Source of the DNA: Geosiphon pyriformis uo1 | Lineage: Eukaryota; Fungi; Glomeromycota | Direction: 5' to 3' | NCBI GenBank assembly: GCA_016748015.1 | Contig: JAAOMT010000262.1 | Span: 4,079 to 39,250, forward strand | DNA length: 35,172 bases | Part shown: piece after piece, positions 23,604 through 35,172 of the stretch | Numbering within the stretch: position 1 is the stretch's first letter | How the letters are laid out: the number at the start of each line of letters is the position of its first letter | The notes under the pieces: model-generated | The model's input: only the letters and a program-made list of their open reading frames with translations | Told to the model about the DNA's origin: nothing | The model's database searches: none | Translations under genes and position numbers: made by a program

Positions 23604-24172
23604 TTAAACGTAACCAGCAGATTCCACTCCCAATAACTTTGAGGTTTTAGCAGAAATAGTTGTGCTAGTGAACCAAAAATATTCATTCGCATATGTACAC
23701 TTTTTTATTGTACCATTCGTATATTCCTGCACGCAGGCATCTTTTATGTTTCTATATCGAGGAGAGAGTATTTGATTGAAAAATCCAGCGACATCGAATG
23801 AATACATTTTGGTGTCATTATTTGCTTTTTGAAAATCTTCTGCGGCGGTTGCGAGAAGTCTATCATGTTGTTCAATTTTATTTCTCAAACTGTCAAGTTT
23901 AGCTGGTGAGAGATTATCACGGTAATGAGGTATTATGTAAATTTGTGGTAGGTTAGGTACGAGGATATTTCGAATGCCTTTAAGATAGAACGATTGCCAA
24001 ACACGTGGGAAAACGCTGACAACAGTTTCCGGATCGGCATCAAAATCCGTAGTATAGTCGTTTTGGCCTGTTAACCATGCCTAATTATTGAGATTTCAAT
24101 GAAAAATTAACAAAGTTAAAAACAAAGAATTCAGAGAAAAAAAGTTTCTACTATTAAAGAATTCATAAATTA

Positions 24173-24240
<68 letters not shown>

Positions 24241-24990
24241 TACTACTCCTAATGTTTGATCCAGGCTTGTAGTGTTTTGAAATTGTGAAAATTGTTCTGC
24301 TTGTTGAAGTAAGCCAGGAACTGGATATTCTGTTGCCGGTGGTGGACTGGCATAACCTTTTTTGTTAAGAACAATTAATAAAATGAAGTAGAATTAAGAT
24401 TTTGAATAATGATATTAAATTCAGAAAATATTTTCGTTAATTAATTAGTTACCTTGAATATAGGAACTACTGAGAATTTTTTAAAGAAAGATAAAACAAA
24501 AGATTAGAATAAAAGAAAAATAATGATACAATGGCTTAAAAAGGACCGTTGCTTACTCTGAAGTGGCACCATAATAAGCGTAATCAAAAAGTTTCGCCTG
24601 AAAATTATTTGCCAAATGTTCAACCCAAGCACGTCCGTCGTTGTAATGTCCAAGGTAGTAGAGTGCTGGTGGTGTAGGATAATTTTGATTTGATAATGCA
24701 TTCGCGTTTCCATTATCTGATTAAATTAAATTAAATTAAATTAAATGTATATATATATGAGAGATCAAAATTACTTAATTTTGATTAGGTTAAAAAACAA
24801 AGATGAGAAAGAAAGAAAGAATGAATGAATGAATAAAGGAAATTTCTGTACCACTCCAACCATCACCCAAAACCACAATTTGATTATATTTGGTAGTTGG
24901 TGCTGCCAATGATTTCGTTACAAATAAGGATGATGCTAGAAAAGTATACCCAACGACACCAAAAGTTTCTTTGACGATAGAAAACTTCAT
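23604..24990 (-). CDS. Probably secreted SGNH/GDSL (CE16-like) esterase-fold protein, predicted catalytically inactive
   Basis: Exons 24990-24852, 24716-24557, 24469-24453, 24356-24244 and 24080-23604 form an uninterrupted frame. Signal-peptide-like start; block I VVLGDGWSDNGN, GHYNDGRAWVEHL, block II DYAYYGATSD, VPGLLQQ, block III TGQNDY, GIRNILVPNLP, block V YFWFTSTTIS. Confidence 0.85.
24175..24237. repeat. (TTA)n microsatellite inside intron 4 of the SGNH gene
   Basis: About 20 perfect units starting right after the splice donor. Confidence 0.95.
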
Positions 24991-25726
24991 CTCTTCAAAT
25001 TTTCTCTTATTCTCAAATTAATAGGATTCCAAATTTTCGAATTATGTGAACAATAATTTTGACTGAATAATTGAGAAGAAGGAGAAGAGGGAAGGGAGGA
25101 AGGAAGGTTTTATATAAATAAACAGATTATAAATAATTGATATCTAAATTCATATCGAAATCACTCAAAAGGAAATGTTTGTTTTAATTTCATTCATGCA
25201 ACATTTTTTTTCAAAGATTTTATCCTTGCTCCTTTTAAAAATCGCAATGGCCAACGAGAAACGATTTTCATTTTCCCCTTCTATCCACTAATGCCAAGAT
25301 ATTTTTTTTCTAGAAAAGAAAATAAAATGGAAAATTATAAAGTTCGTCTTAGCCAATATTGGATACAATTTTATTCAAAGAAATAAAATTTCCAAACATT
25401 CTCAAAAGAAAGGTTGGTTTCGGAATCCTGTGGTGGGCATTTTTTTTTTAATATTAATGCACAAAAAATTATTCTTTGAGAATCTTGTTTTTTTCTATCT
25501 GACCAGGTTAATAATTAATTAGGGAATAATTAAATTAATTCAAATTTTTTATTCATTCATTCATTCAGATTTATTAATATATATTTATATTGAAATTGTT
25601 TTCTCCCTTAAGAATATCCGTTGATCATTAAAGAAGCTTGCTTAGCATGAATTTTTGAAAGATCGATCAGTGACTTTGAAAATATTTTTCCAAATTTGGG
25701 TATCTTGTGCCAAGCCTTTATCCTAA

Positions 25727-25733
25727 ACTAACC

Positions 25734-25771
<38 letters not shown>

Positions 25772-25791
25772 TTAACTAACTAACAACTAAC
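25727..25791. repeat. (CTAA)n microsatellite
   Basis: Tetranucleotide run with a few interruptions. Confidence 0.9.
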
Positions 25792-26126
25792 GAAGAAATC
25801 AAGAGCAGCAAATATTTATTTTTGTGATCCCTTTTTTTCTGTCGATTCTTACGCAGAAGTAACTCGTAGAATTCATGCGCCTCAAAAGCCGAAAATAGTT
25901 ATCATAATAAAATTTTGATAATTTCTTTTCAAAAAGTAATTCTTTTTGCCTCGAATAATCAATAAATGGTGATAAATACTTCTTTGCTTCAAAAAAAAAA
26001 AAGTAAATTCTAATGGGCGATCATGAACATTTTGAGAACATAGAATGTAACAATAGATTTTTAAACCTCGTTGAAATAAATTCTACAGCGAAATGTTAAA
26101 TTTATCATTGCCAAAAGTTACATAAT

Positions 26127-26186
26127 TTGCTTGCTTACTTGCTTGCTTGTTTTTTTGTTTGTTTGTTTGTTTGTTTGTTTGTTTGT
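26127..26186. repeat. (TTGC)n/(TTTG)n compound microsatellite
   Basis: Directly visible in the sequence. Confidence 0.9.
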
Positions 26187-26516
26187 TTTTTTGTCGTTTA
26201 ATAGAATTCTTCTCTTAATTAACTGGACGAGGCATAGTTTTGGATTTTCTTTATCGCAAAAAAAAAAAAAAGTTTTCGAATTTAAACATAACCTTTCTTG
26301 TGGACAAGTCAATTAACGAATTAACTTTTTTTAATATCGTACCATCTTTAAGCCTACCAATCAATGTTATTTTTAATAGAGATGAAGATTTTTTTTAGTT
26401 ATATCCCGAGTTGTATTTTAAAAAACACAATTTCAGGTGTTGAAACTTGTAAAACACATCCCAGACTATAACTTATATGCCCACACCAGGTGCACTGAAG
26501 TTTTATGCATCTCTAT

Positions 26517-26555
26517 GATGTATGAATTTATGTATGATGTACGTATGTATGTATG

Positions 26556-26588
<33 letters not shown>

Positions 26589-26653
26589 GTATGTATGCAT
26601 GCAAAAGAAGTTCGTTCAAGAATTGATTCTATCAAAGAACTTGATTATCATCA

Positions 26654-26712
<59 letters not shown>

Positions 26713-26732
26713 GTTATTGTTATTATTGTTAT
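26517..26732. repeat. (TATG)n/(TA)n and (ATT)n/(ATTGTT)n compound microsatellites
   Basis: Directly visible; they explain the poly-I and poly-Y ORFs in the ORF track. Confidence 0.9.
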
Positions 26733-27543
26733 TTGCAAGAAAACTATATTTATATTTAAATTTCAAGCTTAATAAAACTTGGACAAAAAAAAAATTCTTT
26801 TAAGAAATTATATTTTTTAAAATCAATAATATAGAATATACAAACTAAAAAAATTTATTTTAAATATATTGATGCATTTTTTTTCATTATTAACTTTTTG
26901 TAAAATTTAAATCCAAAATCTAAACTTTTTTTTAAAAACCAAAATTTCAATTTATATAATTAATATATATATAATTTTGGTAATTTCTTTATCATGATTA
27001 AATATAACTTGTTAAAATTTTTATTATCAAATTTAATCTTTTTATTATAATTATTATAAAATTGATTGTCACATGATTATATATAAAAATTTATGTATCC
27101 ATAATAATATCACCTTTCACAGTTCCATTTAAAGAAAGTTCAACCAAAAATATAGTGTTTCAAACACTTAAAAATCAAATTAGTGGAAAAAATCCTTGTT
27201 TTCTGATTGCGCTTAAAACCTTGTTTCACAAATACAATAATTTTTTAATATTAATTGCCCAAAAAAGTTTTTCTGAATAGATGCCCTTAAAAGGTGGATT
27301 TAATGGAAAATAATTTTTAATTTTTAATCAACACAAAGAGGGTTTTCAAACTATAATATTTTAAATGGGAAAGAAACTATTTTTTACTAATCATTCACTA
27401 AAAAGCTAGGCCTTTAAAAAAGATAGACATATTATAAAAAGAAATTAATCAAAATTCTTAAATTCTAATAAATAATTATAGCTCATTATAATGAATCAGC
27501 CTCAACTTATTTCCTTGCAGCAAGTGACTATTAGTTGCCATAT

Positions 27544-28028
27544 TAGGCATCCTATAACAAAACCAGACAAAGTGAACATGAGAATAAAAAATCTCCTTCT
27601 TTACCATAATCATTCATCTCGAATGGAGTCACGACTGAATGGAGTGCGTTTGCAAGGTTATACCTTGTGTGATTGGCATCGCGACGAAAAGGAAAGTGGT
27701 TGGTGGTCAGACGAGAGGATGATGAAGGCCCCGGAAAGAGCAATGTTCACCGCCGCGTTTGCATTTCTTCCTCTTGTGGTGTGGTTGATCCTCCTTGCTG
27801 GGCACCGGGGATGAACGCATTCGACGGCCCCAACGTTATGCCCAGCTCTGAGGTAAAAGTAATATTTCCTATATGACTAATTCCAGCTATCTAGGTGACA
27901 GCCGGGATAACAGCAATGGTATTTTGAGTGCTGGGAGGAAGCCAGCGAAAAGATAAAGATAATGCCTTTTCAATTATCAAAGCAACGATTGCTTGTGTTC
28001 ACTTTGTCTGGTTTTTTGCAGCACGTCC
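27544..28028 (-). mobile_element. Non-autonomous TIR element carrying a Fanzor/TnpB-like C-terminal remnant
   Basis: Perfect 20-bp inverted repeats AAAACCAGACAAAGTGAACA (27559-27578) and TGTTCACTTTGTCTGGTTTT (27996-28015), extending outward imperfectly by ~14 nt. The interior is markedly GC-richer than the flanks. Confidence 0.75.
27552..27837 (-). pseudogene. Fanzor1-like nuclease C-terminal fragment (zinc-finger half plus RuvC-III)
   Basis: Frame starting at 27837 reads NVGAVECVHPRCPARRINHTTRGRNANAAVNIALSGAFIILSSDHQPL, then a frameshift, then PFRRDANHTRYNL... This resembles the GAVECxxxxC....RD.NAA.NI...G.......LPPF.R ending I recall for fungal Fanzor1 proteins. The catalytic D reads N. 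Confidence 0.7.
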
Positions 28029-28259
28029 CATAAAAGTGATGAATGAAAAGTTAATCATATTTCCCATTATATTATTGATAAATGAAATAAAGTGTTAAAT
28101 ATACATAGAGGACAAAGAGGAAAAAACACAAGGATAAAAATATCGATCCTAGCATTTTTAGTTAGAAAATAAATCTTCATTTATCTTTGATTAATAAAAA
28201 GAATTTTTATTCGACATAATGGACTATTATTTTAAAAGTTCCATTTAAATGGAACTCAA

Positions 28260-29235
28260 ATTATTCGTTTCCTAGCGTTAAAGTGGTTATAGGCTTTTCG
28301 AACACAGTAACAAATAAAGACAGTATTATATAAATGTTATCATAGGCGAAGGTGTTTTGATGGTAAATAACCTAGTTGAAAATAATAATTATAAAAAGAT
28401 ATTTCTTTTAATAAGGCTAAATCTTTTGAAATGAACCCTGAATTACAAATTGTGGAATATCCTCAATGAAGATCTTCCACTTAGTCCCCCAGCTTAAGCA
28501 CACTGGGAATATTAATAGCACTACCCCAGAAGATTGAATCTTCAACTCTTTTGGAAATTGGGGCGCTAAAAGAGTTAAAGTTGGCGTACTTCGAGTATCG
28601 GCAGCGGGCTTTGCATATTGCCGAAACCATAAAGCAGATGCTAACCTCACTGGTTATAATATATGTTGCTAACCCAGTGTTAAAAAGAAAAGGTATAGCT
28701 AGAAAAATAATACTGTTCAAAAATAGAATATATTAAGTCTGTTTGTTCTTTTGAATTTTCAATAAAAATTCGAACCTTAATAGTAATTATTACCTCAGTA
28801 AGTATAAAAATCTTAATTTTTTGCAATGAAAATGATATCCAATATCGAAAATAGAAATTGATGCAAGCGAAACAAACGCAAGATTTTAAAACATTAAAAT
28901 AATATTTTAATAAAATCAAGTTACCCTCCTCATTTTTCCTTTTACTTACAACATATGGTACCATTAAAATAATTGAAATTCTTTGGAGTACAATTGACTC
29001 AAGTTTCTTCTCGTCCCAAAGATTGACTGAATCGAGAAAATTAATAGTTCAACGCACAAATATATATGAATTTTATGAAACTAAAAACTAAAAAGAAAGG
29101 CTTACATGTAACTTTATACCCGAAATTCTCATTTAAAAGTGTGGTATGTGAATAAATTATGGAAGGAGTTAACCATTTAATCTTCATCATTATATCTTTA
29201 TTAAAGGTAAGGTCATTCGCAACTTTAATGAACAA
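28260..29235 (-). pseudogene. C-terminal multi-TM remnant of a Glomeromycota kelch/galactose-oxidase-associated membrane protein
   Basis: Frame-broken fragments TTLLNENFGYKVT, NLWDEKK, RKNEEGN, SIIFLAIPFLFNTGLATYIITSE, WFRQYAK, FSAPISKRVEDSIFWGSAIN and IFIEDIPQFVIQ. No N-terminal domain is visible. Confidence 0.65.
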
Positions 29236-31336
29236 ATTTCGATTTGAAATATTTTTCTAGGCTTCTGAATCTCATTTATTGATGTGACTCCCTTTTAAAA
29301 AAAAGTTGATCTTCAATTGTTTTGAGATTTTTCACGAGCAAAAGTCCTATTAAGGGGTGGCTTATAATCAATACATACCATTTATGTAATTTGCTTAGAT
29401 AGCAACATTCGAAACCTTCTAACAGAAAAATAAATAATAACCAATCTCATGTACATGAATGTATGTTTTCTCGTCGTTCTAAAGCATTCAATCGAAATCA
29501 ACAAATGAATAAATTGATCATCTAAAACAAATTTCCTTGAAAGCAAAAAGTTAAAAATATATATCCATGTATTCCCTTAATGGCTTATCCGGTTGATTAA
29601 ATACGCCTTTTAGTACATGTACTTCATTTTTGTAAAAAAAGAAATATTTTTGTTGGTAAATGAAATTTTGTCGAATCAAATGTTTTTATTTTCACGCATC
29701 CCCCAATGGAATTATGTGGGAATGAATGGGAAACTTTCATAAGATAGAATTTACAAAACATTAAAAATGCAAATGATTGTGAAACGAAACAAATATGTTT
29801 TGCAAGCGATTTCTAATCATATTTATATTAACGGAATAGAGCTTGGAAAAATAAAATTCCCAGGTTTTTTTGTTAATTAAAACACAATTATGAATGAACT
29901 ATTTTTTTTTCTTATTTTTCTAGAAATATTATTAACTCCTTTGAAAAAGAACTCGTTTTAAAATTATATATGATTAAAATGGAATCCAGAATACTCTTGG
30001 AGTTTTTTAAATCAATTTTTTTTTACTAAATTATTTTATTCAATAAAATTTATAAAAGGCCAATGATTTTTTCATTTTATGAATTATAAATGATAAAACA
30101 ACCAAATTAAATATATCAAATGCAAAATTTAATTAAAAAAATATAATTTAAAAGATAAAATAATAATGATATAATTAGATGATAATAAGAAAATATATAA
30201 TAAAATAAATCTTTTTTTGATAAAAATTACTGAAAATAAAAACAATAAATGATATTATTTTAATTTGGTAATTTATTCAAATTAAATTTTAATCTTATAT
30301 ATATATGTATTATGAATATTTATAAATAATTTAAAAATTAATTAAGCAAATATAAATATCCATTTTTTTTTACTATTTAGATCATTTTCAATGATAATCT
30401 TAGTACAAAAGTTTTGTAAATTTAAAGATTCAATATATGTAATATTTTAAAAATTGTAAAATAAATATAACCAATATTATACTCTTTAAAAAAATTAAAA
30501 TTCTATATTACTGATTTAATAATATAAAATCTGTCATCTAAGATTATTAATCATATAATTTTTTAAATGAAATTATGTTATCATCTTTTGATAGTATCAT
30601 AAACCAATAAAAAATTGATATTGATCCGAACAAAATTTAAATCTCCTTCAGAGAAACATAATAAAACCTAATTACCAAAGTTGAAATCCAAAGGTTAATT
30701 CAATACTAGTAGTCCTAAATAAGGAAAACATATTTATAATTTAATTTCGGACAAGTTTGAAGTCCCTGAAAGGTATCTACAATATTACTTCTCAAATAAT
30801 TTCTAAATTCTTTAGAGGAAAAATCGAGCTTGATTTTTTCTGTTGCTTTTAGGAAACATATTTCAAGCTAAAAAATCAAGACATAAAGTACTAGGAATGA
30901 CCCAGATTACTTATTTGTTAGATATCTCATTATCGATGATGAGATTTGAGATTTGAGATTAACCAATGAACACTGAAATATTTTATCTTTTAAATGGTCA
31001 TTGATTAGTTCTTAACGAGAACCACGGAATAAATGAGAATGGTCCAATTAGAAAGAAATATGTAAATGAGACTGCTGTTTCATTTTATTTATTACCAACT
31101 ATTTGATTAATTAAAAAACATCCCTTAGTTAAAGATCAACTTCTTTATTCGCATCAAATATATCTACTATTTTGCTTGTTCCTTCAATTTATATTTCTCC
31201 AAAGCCATTGATATTCTATCAAAATTTGTGTAAATAATGCAAAAAAATAGAGACTAAAAGAGTGATCTAAATTAACTTTCCACGCACGATTGATAATGAC
31301 AGCTCGAAACCTGAGTGTGATTAATTGAATCCTGTC

Positions 31337-32005
31337 TCACAAAAGATCATCCCAAGTCTCATTGAAATAAGCATCTTCTTCGCTAGATTGATCAGGCTCG
31401 CTGTCATCTATATCAATTGCTTCACATTTTTCCATGCATTCTTTGAGATATAAATCGTTAGGTTATGTTTGAAAGTTCAAAGATTAAAGATTAAATTCTA
31501 TATTCATACCACGGCATCTTGCTTTTTCGGCGTTCCTACGTTGAGCCTAGGAAATTTCAAATGAGTAAGGTTCTTTTTTGAAAATTTCGAATTTCCAATG
31601 CCTAAAAATAAGAATTTAATGTAGTATATAGGTAGAAATTTTATCAACATATACCTTGGCAAACTTATCGAGTGGCATAGTCCTAGTGCACAACATGCAA
31701 GTTAAAGTCGAGTTTTGTTGAGGAGTGCACTGCTTGCACATTGTATGGTGTCTCTTAACACTCTTGCCGTGAGAAGCGTAGACTTTTCCAATGATATATA
31801 TTTTAAAAGAAGCATCAAATAAGTTAAAATAGTCTCAATTTTACTTACGGTTATGAATTTTATCCAAGGCCTTTGTTACTTGAGTTTTAGAGAACGAATG
31901 AATGCGCTTTTCTTGTTGACATCCATAACAAAACAAAGTTCCAGGGACTTTTTGGGGTTGCTTGTTTGCAGCGAAAGTCGAGTGTTTGTTCCCATAAGTG
32001 GCCAT
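31337..32005 (-). CDS. stc1: Stc1-domain zinc-finger protein (about 141 aa) with an acidic tail
   Basis: Exons 32005-31849, 31782-31655, 31546-31510 and 31440-31337 give MATYGNK...LFCYGCQQEKRIHSFSKTQVTK...MCKQCTPQQNSTLTCMLCTRTMPLDKFAKAQRRNAEKARCRECMEKCEAIDIDDSEPDQSSEEDAYFNETWDDLL*: four CxxC pairs with FSKxQ and FAKAQRR motifs. Confidence 0.85.
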
Positions 32006-35000
32006 GAATTTGAAAATTTGGGAATTCTTTGTTCCTTTAAAGAAACTTTAAAATAGCTATAGTTTGAAATGTGCCTCAATTCAGAGCCCCAATGGGTGTT
32101 GGTTGTGGAAGAGCAAAGGGTCTCACCTAGTTAGTTAAATTTTAGATGATATAATATATTCGTAAGTTAACGATCACTGATTCATCTGAAAAATCAATCG
32201 TTCTCAACGAATCACGTCCCATCTAATAGAGATCGAGAAAGATAGCAATTTAGGATTCTCTGTGCTGAATATAAATTTTCGCCACTGTCCCGAAGCTCTA
32301 GATTGAATAGAAAAACTTGGCATTTGAAATTCGATCAATGAGATTGCAAATTTTTGAAATGGTACTCATTTGTGCCTCCACTCAATAAAATGGTGTTTGG
32401 TTGATTTTAATCTGCAATTGGAAGAAGTCATCTTGGAAAAAGGAAATACTTGTAGGCATTGAATGAGGTATTTGTAAGAGATTGCTTCAGCTGTAACAAT
32501 ATTGTTTTGTCAAGATCCTGTTAATTAAGATAAAACTTCCAAGACAAAAGAACATACACATATATTCTCTACTCCTAACAAAGACTTTTAATAAACATTT
32601 TTTTGGAAAAGGGAAGGTTTTTTAACAAAATAATAATACTTTAAAGTTATTACTTAAATACTGAATGATTATTTGCAAGTTTTTAACTTTAAATATAATA
32701 AATTTGAAATATAGCAAAAAATTTAATGTATTTTTACCATATTTTAAATATTAACTTTGAAAGAAAATAAGACTTTTAACTAATAACAAAACAATATTAA
32801 TCAATTCAAATTAAAATTAATTTGAATAAAATAAATAAAACATAATTTTTAAATAAGCAGATTGGCTTTCAATATAATTTAACAATTAAACAATTTCAAA
32901 AATTAGCCGATTTTAAACTTAAAATGAATTATTATTTAAATTATTTGTATTTTTAATATAGTTTGAAATTTTTAAATTTCAAAATTTATTAGCCTTAAAA
33001 TTAAAAAATTGAAAAAATATTAAAAATATTAATTAAACATATACAATAACAATCATTGTTTTCACAAATTATTAAAAATTTTCAATGTTTATTTGTTAAT
33101 AAAAATTAATTCAGTATATTTTTAATAAATCGACATTATTCTTGTCAATTATACAATTTCTTTTACATTTCATTAATTTTACAAACTATGAATTATATAA
33201 AAAAATAAATTTCCAAGAAACTTAAATATTTTTAATAATATTTTAGGTAAAAACTTGAAAATTTAGTTATATTATTAATTATTATACTTATTTCTATCTA
33301 TTTATTATAAAATTTGTTTATTTATAATAATATGTAATTATTTATAACTTATAATATTATTGAAAAGTTTAAATATTTTTTGCATAATTTTCAAACTTCT
33401 GTTAATTATCCATATTTTTAATTTGTTAGACAAAGATATATATTATTAATTAAAATTTTTTCTTCAAATATCAAAATTAATAAATATTAAATATTAAATA
33501 TATAACAAATTTTTCGATATTTTGTTAATTTAATAATTTAAAATAATTTTTTTAAATATCTAAATTGTTAATTGCAAACATATTTTTTGAAATATGAATT
33601 TATTTAATCACTTGACTCAAAGATAAACCATTTAATTTTAACTTAAATATAAATGTTTTAATTATCAAATATCTTTTTTTAAGTCAATTTATCAAATATA
33701 AATATTTTTCACAAGATTTTTAGTTACTCTGTTTAGATGTTCCAAAAAAATATAAATATTAATCAGAGTGAAATTTTTTAAACATGCAGGTAAAACTTAT
33801 GCTAACTATATTAATTATAAATTATATGCAATTCAAAATTGTGTTTTGTTTTATTTTCAAAGAAATTATAATTATGATTATTTATTTGCACAAAATGAAA
33901 TAAAAGTCTGTAGGTTTTTTTTTAAGAATAGAATAAGAGTTCCGAAATTCTGTTTGCAAATACGGAGAAAGATTAATTGAAGTTATCACAATTGTGAATT
34001 GAATCTTTATACAAAATTCCAATTTCCTTTGTAATTTTCTTAATCTATCCCTGAATTTGTCTGTTCAACGCTTAAAATTAAATTATTCAATTAGTCAAGT
34101 TTGGAACAAAGAATGATCAATAATAGCAGCTCAAAAGGTGCTTCAACATTACATATGGAGATACTTTCAAAAACTATGGGATATTTTCAATGTAGATAGG
34201 AATTGTCTATTTTTGACTTCTTTCATTGTATATTTTTTGCTTAATTGCATTTTCATTATTAATGTTTAGCACGAGAGTTAAAGAAAAGTTCTGCGGTTAA
34301 TGAATTAATTGTTCGGCTGCAATTATTTGTTATACAGTTTTTAATAAGTTTTTATTTCTATGAAATCCGGAGCCATTCTTGTACATTTGTACATGAAAAA
34401 TTTCAACCATATGGTGATTCATACCAAATTCTCTGTGGAGTAAACTGAGGTCACAAGATTTATTTACATGATATGCATTACATAGCTTTTCTCAATGGCT
34501 GAATGGAATATTTATTTTAATGGCTTTTACATTCTTTAATGTTTTCAAGAAAAAAAAATTTCTTTAATTTAAAAATCTAATTTGAGGGTTTTTTTTTAAT
34601 TTCGGAACTCTGAAGAGCGTTAAAATTTTGCTCTAAGAACCAGCTTTATTTTCTATACATCAATATTTTGTAAACTAAATTCAGGAAACTCAAATAAAAT
34701 CATTTTTGATCCCCCGAGGTGTTTGCTTTCTTAATAATTGAGAGAATACAAATATTTTTTAAATTGACCTGAAATAAAACCCCGATTGGAAAATAGAGAA
34801 AAATTGTAAAACCTGACTGGCGAGTACAAATCCCGAAAATTTTAAAAGAGAAACTTTCTACGCATATTAAAAAGTACTATTAGTGGTACAAGTTTTAATC
34901 GATTTAGGAAAATTATTTAAGGAAAGGTTGGTTGGATATCTATGATAGAATAGCTTTAATTAACTATTGTGTATTGTAATATTCATATACTTAATGGCAA

Positions 35001-35172
35001 ATGGTAAATTGATAGAAACTTTATTTATTATTACATGAAAACTATCTCATGTTCAGATCTAAAGAATTTTCGGAGTTGTAAATGCCGACGGCAACCGAAA
35101 AATTTCATCATTGTGTAGGATGGATCATCAGGAATTTTCTATTCACAACACATAAGGAATATATTTTTTTTT

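Noticed and set aside
25727-25791. Interstitial telomere repeat
   Set aside because: The unit is CTAA/TTAG, not TTAGGG; it is a simple microsatellite.
26118-26772. ORFs with poly-I, poly-Y and KQTN runs
   Set aside because: Translations of microsatellites.
27491-27876. Plus-strand ORFs of 107 and 67 aa
   Set aside because: Antisense shadows of the GC-rich Fanzor-like remnant, with no recognisable motifs.
31853-32079. ORF-track 67-aa ORFs on both strands
   Set aside because: Wrong frames overlapping exon 1 of the Stc1-domain gene.

Overview
AT-rich eukaryotic (fungal) genomic DNA with short GT-AG introns and several assembly gaps. The gene families (Sel1-repeat/TKL kinase, Crinkler-type NTPase-nuclease, kelch-associated membrane tail, class-3 lipase cluster) point to Glomeromycota, possibly a Geosiphon-like lineage; this is inference. 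From left to right: a decayed spliced ORF next to a ~97-bp tandem array; a gap-fragmented Sel1-repeat/zinc-ribbon/kinase locus with a broken second copy; a CpG-decayed Tc1 (DD34E) transposon abutting a CR-NTPase/REase-like pseudogene; one intact lipase-3-fold gene lacking its catalytic Ser plus two lipase relics; VPS68; an SGNH/GDSL esterase-fold gene lacking its catalytic Ser, Asp and His; a ~480-bp TIR-bounded non-autonomous element carrying a Fanzor/TnpB-like C-terminus and structured, omega-RNA-like sequence; a membrane-protein pseudogene; and an Stc1-domain gene. All family assignments come from manual translation and motif recognition; no searches were run.
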